This document shows, one piece after another, positions 29,496 to 37,936 of a DNA stretch of 64,000 bases. The stretch's first letter is position 1; each line of letters begins with the position of its first letter. The notes beneath the pieces are model-generated. The model saw nothing but the letters and a program-made list of their open reading frames with translations. It had not been told where the DNA came from and made no database searches. The position numbers and the translations under genes are program-made. The DNA comes from an uncultured virus (IMG/VR IMGVR_UViG_3300010157_000035) (lineage: Duplodnaviria > Heunggongvirae > Uroviricota > Caudoviricetes): IMG/VR virus record IMGVR_UViG_3300010157_000035, positions 62,001 through 126,000 of that record; one strand, given 5' to 3'.

Positions 29496-30628
29496 GTGAT
29501 GTGATTTTTTTGATATTTTTTTATGATTGAATGATATGTGTCTAGATTTTTCGCTTTAGGAGCGCAAAGACCACAACGACATACGGGTATTTTACATTGT
29601 ATTACAGGCTGTCCGTTATTTAGTTGTGTTTTTAGTTGGTTGATGATTTTGTCAGGCTCATCTAAATTTCCAATTGGCCCAACGGTTCCATCAAATGTCA
29701 TTTTGCAATCTTTATTGACATATACTTCTCCATTGACCTGTTTGATAAAAAGAAAAAATTGATTCACACTACAATACCAGTCTGGAAATTTATTATCGAG
29801 AACGTAATAGTGGCGTTCCTTGTAATTCTGATCTAGACAACTTTGTCTGCCGCCACAACAGGCTCGTCCGACCTGACTGAGATTGGAAGACGCACCAACA
29901 TCAGTATTGATAATTTCAAAGATTTTTGTTCCGTATGTTTTATTTTGATATATTGAATTAAACCATTTTATTTGTTGTTGATCATACGATTGATTTAAAC
30001 TGGCGCCGTCGATTTGTTTGGGCAATGAGCGTATTTGATTTTCATCAAGCCATAATAAAAAATCTTGAGATTGTTGAAATAGTTGCGGATTATCATGCAG
30101 CATCACAATACATTTTAATCTCTTACCCGAGTCTCTAATAGACAATAGATTGTGTTTAAACTGTTGTTTTTGACGGTCGGTACATTCCACATGAGAACTC
30201 ACGGTGAATTCATCAATATAAGGAATTATTTTTGATAATTTTTTATCGGATATTATGGCATTGGTTGTTGTAGTAACTGTTAATTTCCAACGGTCTGCGT
30301 ATGGTTGATATTTTTGTTGTATTTGAGATAATATTTCTACTATATCAGGGTGGTGTAAACTTTCTCCACCATACACATTGAGCACAACATACCGTAGTCC
30401 ATTAGGCTTGAATTGCATGTATTGATCCGCATATTCAAACATAAACTCTAGAGCTTGGATACATTTGTCTTTTGGAGGATGTTTGGTAGAGTTATCGTGT
30501 CCTCCGTTTAATCCTGAGTCACAATAACTACAATCAAGATTACACTTCATTGTGAGTTCCCAATCCAATAGAAAAGAGATTCTATTGTTGGGATCTATTG
30601 CAGGTTCAAGAACCTCATATGCCGGCAT
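29492..30628 (-). CDS. Radical SAM enzyme
   Basis: CNLDCSYC, YGGE, TTN, Cys-rich C-terminus (CCGGR, CRCGLCAPK). Confidence 0.85.
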   Translation of the reverse strand: MPAYEVLEPAIDPNNRISFLLDWELTMKCNLDCSYCDSGLNGGHDNSTKHPPKDKCIQALEFMFEYADQYMQFKPNGLRYVVLNVYGGESLHHPDIVEILSQIQQKYQPYADRWKLTVTTTTNAIISDKKLSKIIPYIDEFTVSSHVECTDRQKQQFKHNLLSIRDSGKRLKCIVMLHDNPQLFQQSQDFLLWLDENQIRSLPKQIDGASLNQSYDQQQIKWFNSIYQNKTYGTKIFEIINTDVGASSNLSQVGRACCGGRQSCLDQNYKERHYYVLDNKFPDWYCSVNQFFLFIKQVNGEVYVNKDCKMTFDGTVGPIGNLDEPDKIINQLKTQLNNGQPVIQCKIPVCRCGLCAPKAKNLDTYHSIIKKYQKNHIT

Positions 30629-30630
30629 TG

Positions 30631-31551
30631 TTACAGCCTGCTTAGTTCACACAGTGTGGCACTTAAATTGATTTCTTGATCAGCTACCATTGGCATTGCA
30701 GCCATGCCGTTGCGAATAATAATGATTGCTTGGTCTTGACGTTCTACATCAGTGGTCCAGAGATCTAAATTGTCATACATCCAGCGAAAAATATCTTCGG
30801 TTTCTTCTGGAGTGCTTTGCTGACAAATTAGTGTTCGGGCTTCACGAATTTTGCCCGACTTAAACAACTGAACACAATCCAGTTTCCAATCGCCTACACT
30901 CTTGTCTGCGCTGTTGGGTGCATTCAACACGCCAGACTGACTATTTTGTTGTAATAACTGTAAGCACTTACGCAGATCTGGATAAGTGGCACGGACATAA
31001 CTATCTAAGGTATCAATATCAAATTCAATTTCTTCTGTCACTAACACCGTGGCAGCGCGGGCTGTAAATTCAGTATGATCACTTTTTAAGATATGTAACT
31101 GTTGCAGTCTTGAATGTAGCGGCGGAATAATTTTATTAGGATAGTTACAAGTTAAAATGAATCGAACGCTGTGACTATAGTCTTCCATTAAGTTACGCAT
31201 GGCAGGTTGAACTGAATTAGGATTCAAATAGTCTGCTTCGTCAATAAACACAACCTTAAACTTACCAAATGGCATAGTCTGACAAAAACTGATCAGTTTA
31301 TCTACCCATTCAATCTTACGACCTTCTTTTGATCCGTTAGCATATAGGACATCATACTCATCAACACCTAGTTCATTGATCAGTAGTTTTCCTAATGTGG
31401 TTTTGCCTGTGCCAGGACTGCCGCTAAACAATAGATTTGGAATACTTCCATCTCGAATCCATGACTCTACTTGTTGACGTTGATTATCATCAACAAACAC
31501 ATAACCATCTACAGTTTTTGGTCTATATTTCTCTATCCAAAGTTCTTTCAT
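30631..31551 (-). CDS. Sliding-clamp loader AAA+ subunit (RFC small / T4 gp44-like)
   Basis: WIEKYRP, GSPGTGKT, DEAD, FILTCN, SR. Confidence 0.9.
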   Translation of the reverse strand: MKELWIEKYRPKTVDGYVFVDDNQRQQVESWIRDGSIPNLLFSGSPGTGKTTLGKLLINELGVDEYDVLYANGSKEGRKIEWVDKLISFCQTMPFGKFKVVFIDEADYLNPNSVQPAMRNLMEDYSHSVRFILTCNYPNKIIPPLHSRLQQLHILKSDHTEFTARAATVLVTEEIEFDIDTLDSYVRATYPDLRKCLQLLQQNSQSGVLNAPNSADKSVGDWKLDCVQLFKSGKIREARTLICQQSTPEETEDIFRWMYDNLDLWTTDVERQDQAIIIIRNGMAAMPMVADQEINLSATLCELSRL

Positions 31552-31572
31552 TCAATACCTTTAATCAACTGT

Positions 31573-31761
31573 TTAAATTAATTCTTGGGCCACACCCAAC
31601 AGCTCTGCTACTAGAAACAAACAGGCTGCAATTTGTATGTCGTAATAGGCTAAAAATCCACAGGCCACAATACGCAGTCCGCTTTTGGTAAAAGTAATAA
31701 CACGATGTTTGATGATGTTTGGATTTTCTACTTGTGTTTTGGTAGGTCTAGTCAATGCCAT
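31573..31761 (-). CDS. Small membrane protein
   Basis: Hydrophobic C-terminal half. Confidence 0.55.
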   Translation of the reverse strand: MALTRPTKTQVENPNIIKHRVITFTKSGLRIVACGFLAYYDIQIAACLFLVAELLGVAQELI

Positions 31762-31779
31762 TTTGTTTTTCCTTTGATG

Positions 31780-32001
31780 TTATTGTTTGAGTATTTCTAC
31801 TAGTCTGTCTTGTTCCCATTTTTCTTCGCCTGAAAAAGTTGGTAGCTTTTTATACTCGGCGTCTAACCAACATTTTAACATATACAATTCTTGTTTGCAA
31901 GCTCGTCCGGTAAAACCGTCGTTGTAAGGACTATGTATTTCGCCTAGACTCTGGCGTATAATAGAATACGCTGACGCTACATCGGGTTTACGAAATCCCA
32001 T
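31780..32001 (-). CDS. Hypothetical protein
   Basis: 73-aa ORF in the operon. Confidence 0.55.
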   Translation of the reverse strand: MGFRKPDVASAYSIIRQSLGEIHSPYNDGFTGRACKQELYMLKCWLDAEYKKLPTFSGEEKWEQDRLVEILKQ

Positions 32002-32007
32002 ACCGCT

Positions 32008-32409
32008 TTATTCGTTGGATTTGTTAGGAACGTAAACAGCATCGCTATGTGTGTCATCGCGTGGACGGTCTGGCTCGTCTGAAACCAACAAGATATCATT
32101 GGGATCAATTTTACGAATGGTTATTTTATGGTCAGCGGTGCCATCGTCAATATCAATGCCCCTTGTCCAACGGCCATGTGCTACCATAATCCATTGACCC
32201 ACAACGACATCCGTTTGCTTTGGACCCACAGCATATACACGACCCCAGCGTGGGCGAATACCCAGACTGGTTCCATTATCATTGGGTATAATAATACCGC
32301 CCTGACTTAATCGAGTATCAAACTCCATGTCTGCTACTAATATGTTATCATTTAAAGCCTTGAGTTGGCTTTGAGAGATTCGGTGTGGTTCAAATGCTAA
32401 TTTAGTCAT
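32008..32409 (-). CDS. groES: GroES-like co-chaperonin
   Basis: LKALNDNILV, GGIIIP mobile loop, GRVYAVGP. Confidence 0.8.
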   Translation of the reverse strand: MTKLAFEPHRISQSQLKALNDNILVADMEFDTRLSQGGIIIPNDNGTSLGIRPRWGRVYAVGPKQTDVVVGQWIMVAHGRWTRGIDIDDGTADHKITIRKIDPNDILLVSDEPDRPRDDTHSDAVYVPNKSNE

Positions 32410-32418
32410 ACGGTCCTT

Positions 32419-32922
32419 TTAAATCCTTCTTACGCCTTGCGCCTGTGCTTGTTGGCGACGTGTTTTTTCCAATTCTTGTTTGACTTCTCTAGATCTAGCA
32501 ATAGCGCCGGCTAGGCCGCCGCCCTGGGCCGGTGTCGGAGTATTCTGACGCTCTGGAGACACTGGAGGAGGTGCTGTCACTATAGGTGTGGCTGGTTCTG
32601 GAACAACCACTGGTTCTGCAGGTGGCTCGTCTATTGGCAGATCTGAAAAACTATCGGTGGGGTCAACCACGGGCTGTTGAACTGCTTCTTTGGCCGAACG
32701 TGTGCTTGAATGTGCTGGTCCAGCAGATACATTGGTTTGCTTTTTATACCTACGTTGAGCTTGTTGATTTTTTGGCTCAACTATTTCGTTATTACTGTTC
32801 AAACGATCGCCGCGAGCATTTACATTCATGTTGCCCACAGCTCGAACTCTTTCGTTTTGCAATAACAATGATCCCATGTCTACTGTTTTACCCATGGCTG
32901 ATTTATAAACGTTGCGTGTCAT
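32419..32922 (-). CDS. Hypothetical protein with a Pro-rich region
   Basis: RAVGNMNVNARGD; late promoter at 32947. Confidence 0.6.
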   Translation of the reverse strand: MTRNVYKSAMGKTVDMGSLLLQNERVRAVGNMNVNARGDRLNSNNEIVEPKNQQAQRRYKKQTNVSAGPAHSSTRSAKEAVQQPVVDPTDSFSDLPIDEPPAEPVVVPEPATPIVTAPPPVSPERQNTPTPAQGGGLAGAIARSREVKQELEKTRRQQAQAQGVRRI

Positions 32923-32949
32923 TTTGATTTCCTTAGCATATACCTGTAT

Positions 32950-33471
32950 TTAACGCAGAAATTCACGGCAGTCTAAATTATAGAATAGGCTGTCAATTCG
33001 ATGAACGCCCAATTTGTATAAAACATAACTGGCCACACTCGATCCACGTCCTACTCCCCAAATGACACAATTAATGGTCATAACATCCACTAGGTATTTT
33101 AAATATCGTAACAGGTCAAACAGATTGCGTTCTTGGAATAGCAATAATTCTTCCCCGCATCGCTGTAGTTCAGCTTCAGATTTACAAAGTCCAAGTATAT
33201 GTTCTGCAATATCCAACTGCTTATATTCCGCAGGCATGTGCCAACTATTTTGTTGTGTCAAATGAAACTCTGGAACTGCTATGTCGCTGTTATGAGGGAA
33301 GCTCCAACGAAACAATGATTCTGGCTTTTCAATCAGCCCGACTAAATTTTCAAGATCAACCGTTTCATCAACTGTCATGCGTTGTAAAGAATCGACAGTG
33401 CGCCCTTGCATCAACAAGTCACAAATGTCATCTTCTGAAAATACTAGTTCACCGAATTTATTTTGTTTCAT
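32950..33471 (-). CDS. dnaE: Stand-alone fragment of DNA polymerase III alpha (family C)
   Basis: WGVGRGSSVASYVLYKLGVHRIDSL..NL...EFL matches DnaE; the ORF ends before the catalytic PDID motif. Confidence 0.75.
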   Translation of the reverse strand: MKQNKFGELVFSEDDICDLLMQGRTVDSLQRMTVDETVDLENLVGLIEKPESLFRWSFPHNSDIAVPEFHLTQQNSWHMPAEYKQLDIAEHILGLCKSEAELQRCGEELLLFQERNLFDLLRYLKYLVDVMTINCVIWGVGRGSSVASYVLYKLGVHRIDSLFYNLDCREFLR

Positions 33472-34069
33472 TGGGCTGTTTAAAATCTGCAAACACTACA
33501 ACATTTCCTGGAGAGTTTGCTGCAGGTTCGTCGGACCAGGCCAATTCCAACTCTCTCCAATCTGTGCTGGTTGGTATAGATAATACTTTTTCAGATTTAT
33601 TAGCGAGCACAAAATCACTGTGAGCTAAGTCGGGACTAGTCCACCAGTCGGGTTGTTTGAATCCAGAAGTGTTTTCAAAATCAGAATGTAGATACGTCAT
33701 ATTAGCACCGTATGTGCTGGATATTTCAGTTTCCATAATAATCATACGATCTTCTGTAATGGCATTTAACTTGTAGTATAACATTATTCCTACCAATTGG
33801 TCAACAGGATCATTTGGCATGGTTGTAATATCGAGCCCAGCTTTGGAAAAAAGAGTGCATTGTGCTTTTTGGTTACTGTTGATAAAAATAGTATTGTCGA
33901 TTTGAGTGTAGACAAAATACTTAATTCGTTCAAATGAAATACTTTGGTCAACAGAATTTTCACTGTTGGTGGTCATCCACAATCTAAGAGTGTAGTTGTT
34001 CATGATCAGTTTATTGTCATGGTATATGCCCGCGGTAAATTGTATGTCGTGTTTAAGTCTAACGTTCAT
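33458..34069 (-). CDS. Hypothetical protein
   Basis: 203-aa coupled ORF. Confidence 0.6.
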   Translation of the reverse strand: MNVRLKHDIQFTAGIYHDNKLIMNNYTLRLWMTTNSENSVDQSISFERIKYFVYTQIDNTIFINSNQKAQCTLFSKAGLDITTMPNDPVDQLVGIMLYYKLNAITEDRMIIMETEISSTYGANMTYLHSDFENTSGFKQPDWWTSPDLAHSDFVLANKSEKVLSIPTSTDWRELELAWSDEPAANSPGNVVVFADFKQPNETK

Positions 34070-34287
34070 GAGATGTCGATTACTCCATCAAAGTTGGTGT
34101 CGGTGTTGCGGCGAATTTTTTCTTGGTATTTGTTTTGATGGCTTTCAATGGCCATTCTGAGTTGATTGCAAAGATGGCCATTGCCCATGCTGTAGGCTAT
34201 GCCCAATTTGCGACTTAGTTCGGTAATTTTTTCCAGCAGTTGTTCGGGTGTAAAATCTTCCAAACTACCAATTAAAGGATGTTCCAT
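34066..34287 (-). CDS. Hypothetical protein
   Basis: Helical 73-aa protein; TTGACT-N17-TACAAT promoter at 34294-34322. Confidence 0.6.
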   Translation of the reverse strand: MEHPLIGSLEDFTPEQLLEKITELSRKLGIAYSMGNGHLCNQLRMAIESHQNKYQEKIRRNTDTNFDGVIDIS

Positions 34288-34332
34288 ATACTGATTGTAT
34301 ATGATCTCGTGACAAAAGTCAATGAGTTTTGG

Positions 34333-35241
34333 TTAGCTAAATGTGGCGCCGTTGTTGCCAATACAGAACCATTTGCTTTGAGCTATGTTGGCCACATTGC
34401 TGTTGATATATTGTAGTGTGCAGGCCTGGCCAGTTGCAGTGAATAGGATATTTCCGGTGCCTGAAGTTTTCCATCCGGCATTGGAAACAGTGATTCTCAT
34501 GTTGCCCGAAGCTGAATACATGGCCAAAGTTTTAATTTGTCCAGGAACACCTGCAAGCAATTGAGCTGTAGTAGAAGTGACTGTGCTGAAATAACTGGTA
34601 GTTACTGCTGCATTAACGTTTGCAGTGTCGGTTAAATTTTCACTGCTGTTGTTGAATGGCTGTAACACTTTGTTAACTTCTCTAACTGTAATGGTACTTC
34701 CACCATTGCTGGTTGAAAATTCAAAACTATAAACACCAGTGGCAGCAAACGAAATAGTATTGGTTGAAGTATTAAGACCTTGTATTCCTGTGTTGTTTAC
34801 TGTGACTGCGGCCGGCAATACCAGTGTATGAATTGTGCTGGCCACTGTGACTTGAACCACTACAGATGCGGCCGCTCCAGCTGCTGGAAAATTAGTAAAA
34901 CTTAGACTTACAGCACCGTTGGTTGTTAGGGTTTGATAACTGGCCAAGGCATAGTTGATAACAGTTGTTCCGCTCACTGTGTTTAACACAACTACATTTT
35001 CGCTCATGTTAGATAATAGTGCATTGGATAAAGGACTGCCCAACATATCGTTGTCAAGTGTAGTTCCAGTTAATGCTGCTTTTAACACTGCTTTGCTTTG
35101 CAGATCTGAAATTTCGTCAGCTGCATATTGAAAGTTCGTAGAGGTATTTGTGAAATTATCACGGAATCCTTGCGAATTATTGTCCTGCCCGGCTACTGGG
35201 TAAGCACCGTTAATGTTGTTTGGGTTAATTGCACTTGTCAT
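34333..35241 (-). CDS. Virion structural protein (baseplate/fibre-like)
   Basis: YPVAGQDNNSQGFRDNF N-terminus; T/S/N-rich; late promoter upstream. Confidence 0.65.
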   Translation of the reverse strand: MTSAINPNNINGAYPVAGQDNNSQGFRDNFTNTSTNFQYAADEISDLQSKAVLKAALTGTTLDNDMLGSPLSNALLSNMSENVVVLNTVSGTTVINYALASYQTLTTNGAVSLSFTNFPAAGAAASVVVQVTVASTIHTLVLPAAVTVNNTGIQGLNTSTNTISFAATGVYSFEFSTSNGGSTITVREVNKVLQPFNNSSENLTDTANVNAAVTTSYFSTVTSTTAQLLAGVPGQIKTLAMYSASGNMRITVSNAGWKTSGTGNILFTATGQACTLQYINSNVANIAQSKWFCIGNNGATFS

Positions 35242-35287
35242 ATGTATTCCTAATTTATCCTATAATATTTATCAAACTCTAATAAGG

Positions 35288-35734
35288 CTAAGAATAATAA
35301 CTTAAAGTTACAATTCCTTGGGCACCTGCACTATTAATGCTGCCGCCATTTGATCCAGCAGATACAACACCACCGGTGGGCACTAAACAATTGCCGTTTT
35401 CTCCAGAGTATGCGCCATTGTCGCCACCGGTCACAAGTCCACCTGCACCACCAAATTGGCCACCACCTCCACCACCTCCACCTGCGCCGTCTCCGCTGCC
35501 TTTGCCTTGCCCATACCCACCATATGTGGTACCAGCATTACCCGGAGTGTTTTGATTGGGGAGGCCAGCACTATACTGCCCGCCACCGCCCCCGCCACCA
35601 CCACCACCGGCCACAGCTAGTATTACGGTGTTTACAGAAACTACCGAAGCGGCACCGCCACCGCCACCCCCTCCGCTATATCCAGAGCCCCCAAAACTTC
35701 CACCTAACCCCCCGTAATAATCTGTAATGGCCAT
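35288..35734 (-). CDS. Glycine-rich adhesin, C-terminal half
   Basis: Polyglycine runs, ILAVAGGGGGGGG, ends GIVTLSY; has its own AGGA RBS. Confidence 0.65.
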   Translation of the reverse strand: MAITDYYGGLGGSFGGSGYSGGGGGGGAASVVSVNTVILAVAGGGGGGGGGGQYSAGLPNQNTPGNAGTTYGGYGQGKGSGDGAGGGGGGGGQFGGAGGLVTGGDNGAYSGENGNCLVPTGGVVSAGSNGGSINSAGAQGIVTLSYYS

Positions 35735-35742
35735 ATTTTTTC

Positions 35743-35943
35743 CTACAAACTATGTTTCCAAGCGGTGTAGGCTTGAATAATTGGACTATCGTCAACCGGC
35801 ATACCGCTTATGATACTGACCAATAAGGGTGCGTTTGGTATCACTTTTATCAGAACATCAGCATTGTCGGACAACATGCGAAACACTTGGGCCTGATCTG
35901 TTTTGTTTAAAGTTAATATATTTTGTGTTAATAGATCTATCAT
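35743..35943 (-). CDS. Small hypothetical protein between the adhesin halves
   Basis: 66 aa; ATGA overlap with the upstream gene. Confidence 0.6.
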   Translation of the reverse strand: MIDLLTQNILTLNKTDQAQVFRMLSDNADVLIKVIPNAPLLVSIISGMPVDDSPIIQAYTAWKHSL

Positions 35944-36878
35944 GGTTTTTTTCCTTCAATCAATCGTCCTAGTTCGGCTACAAGTTTAAGTAAGACAAAT
36001 ACAGGAATCAACATCAACCCTTTTCCAAATCCAGCTGGTTTGTTGCTTGGCCCAACGACTCGTTGCCATACACCGACTATTTTACATATCGGTGTTCCGA
36101 TGGCCATAATGGCTTTACCTGTATTGTTGGGCAACATACTTTCTGACATTTGATAGGCCATTTCTTCGGCCCACGGTGTAGCAATAGCTTGTGCCCATCG
36201 AGTAGACCAAGACCGGGCAGCATTGCTAAAATCTTCATCTGACATCCAAGGCATCATTTTAGGTCCGCGTCCGTCCATCCAGTCCACTACTATTTCAGCC
36301 CAGGCGCGATAACCATTGTAGATATCTGGATGAGATTTAACTAACTCTGCACCAAATGCTTGATCTGCAAGATATATTTCTTTGCTCATTAGTCCAAGTT
36401 CATATAGTTTGGTGCAAATAATCTTGCCACCCCCACCGCCACCGCCGCCGCCGGATCCACCTGCGCCACCTCCGCCTCCAACATAGGCGTTGATTACATC
36501 TCCTGGGCTTGCAGGTATATTTCCACCGGTGATAGTTAATCCAGGATACCCTACTCGCCCTGGCTGGCTGTCTGGGCCACCTCCACCACCTCCACCACCA
36601 GTCATTGTAACAATGGTCAAATTACCAGAAAAAGTTGCTGGAAGAATTATAAAATTACTTCCCACATTATTAAAACTAACAGTAGTTAATCCTGTGCGTT
36701 TAGCTCCATAAAAATCGCCAAGGCTAATAGGACCCGACGCTGGTACATTTGGTGCATAATCAGTGTCTAGCACATAGGCACCACCACGATAATAATTCTC
36801 TAACTTGATTGGTGTTGGGCCGCCAAACTCTGCCTGTATGTCAACGAGACTTATAGGTCCTGAAGTAGGCAAAGTCAT
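35940..36878 (-). CDS. Glycine-rich adhesin N-terminal half fused to a Cys-initiated helical domain with a C-terminal TM/basic tail
   Basis: MTLPTSGPISL.DIQAEFGG...GPISLGDFYG; Gly-rich; then G8-KIICTKLYELG...GYRAWAE...LMLIPVFVLLKLV..GKKP. Confidence 0.65.
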   Translation of the reverse strand: MTLPTSGPISLVDIQAEFGGPTPIKLENYYRGGAYVLDTDYAPNVPASGPISLGDFYGAKRTGLTTVSFNNVGSNFIILPATFSGNLTIVTMTGGGGGGGGPDSQPGRVGYPGLTITGGNIPASPGDVINAYVGGGGGAGGSGGGGGGGGGKIICTKLYELGLMSKEIYLADQAFGAELVKSHPDIYNGYRAWAEIVVDWMDGRGPKMMPWMSDEDFSNAARSWSTRWAQAIATPWAEEMAYQMSESMLPNNTGKAIMAIGTPICKIVGVWQRVVGPSNKPAGFGKGLMLIPVFVLLKLVAELGRLIEGKKP

Positions 36879-37933
36879 TACAAGGTTCCAGATCCAGTTA
36901 TATTGCCGATGGTGGTAAAGTTGCCACTTGAATCTAACTTAGCAATATTACTTCCGCTAAAACTAAAAAACAATGTATTTCCACTAGGAGTTATAGACCA
37001 GCCGCCAGATAAACCAACTGCTGACACATTGCCAATGGCGCCACCGGTGATTGAAACAGCATTGGCATTTTGGCTAGACATAGTTCCCAGACTGGCACTT
37101 TGGAAGGCAGTTATTTGATTGTTAACAAAAGCCGCGGTGGCCACTTGATTGTTGTTTGTGCCAGTTGATGCTGTTGGTGCTGTAGCTATTCCAACCAATT
37201 GAGTTGTACCAGTAACTGATACATTAGCCGCCACTGATAAATTACCACCCGTAGTAATATTGCCCTGTGCTGATATTGTACCTAGCACACCCAATGCATT
37301 AGATCCTTTGTTATAGGTCAATCCGCCAACAGCATCAACGTTGCCAGAGGTATTGAATAAAACTTGCGAAGTTGATCCAGGTGCACCTGTGATGTTTCCA
37401 ACAATGCTGCCCTGAAAAGCTCCCACAAACTTGCCAGCAGTCACAATGTTACCAGTGGCTGACACAATACCTTGTGCCAGCACATTACCTTGAGTGCTGA
37501 TATCACCAGTGGAAGTTATGTTTCCGCCAGCATTGACATTACCAGTAATTGACGCAGTTGAACCAAGGCCTAAGATACCTGTGACTGATATGTTGCCAAC
37601 AGTGGCATTGCCGGTGGCACTAATCGATCCAGCTGTTAATAAGTTACCACCTGTAACATTGCCTGTAGCACTGACACGCCCGCCGGTGGCAATGTTGCCT
37701 ACTGCAATATTACCAGTGATTGATACAGCGCCATTGGTTACCAAGTTCCCACCTGTGACATTGCCAGCGACTGACAACGAAGTCAACGTGCCAACACTGG
37801 TAATATTTGGCTGTGCAGCATTGGCAACATTGCCTGCTGTGTTGGCAAATGCTATTGGGGCAGCAAAATTTGCATCTAGCTGACTTAATGGAATTGGGCT
37901 GGATTCTGTGCCGAATGTGAATGGAACTGTCAT
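36878..37933 (-). CDS. Tail fibre-like protein
   Basis: GNVTGGN / SATGN repeats, AAQPNITSVGTL, ATTA-like motif. Confidence 0.75.
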   Translation of the reverse strand: MTVPFTFGTESSPIPLSQLDANFAAPIAFANTAGNVANAAQPNITSVGTLTSLSVAGNVTGGNLVTNGAVSITGNIAVGNIATGGRVSATGNVTGGNLLTAGSISATGNATVGNISVTGILGLGSTASITGNVNAGGNITSTGDISTQGNVLAQGIVSATGNIVTAGKFVGAFQGSIVGNITGAPGSTSQVLFNTSGNVDAVGGLTYNKGSNALGVLGTISAQGNITTGGNLSVAANVSVTGTTQLVGIATAPTASTGTNNNQVATAAFVNNQITAFQSASLGTMSSQNANAVSITGGAIGNVSAVGLSGGWSITPSGNTLFFSFSGSNIAKLDSSGNFTTIGNITGSGTL

Positions 37934-37936
37934 TTT

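Noticed and set aside
35940..36425. Canonical intein in the adhesin
   Set aside because: No terminal His-Asn followed by Cys/Ser/Thr, no contiguous C-extein, and the domain looks helical with a membrane tail.
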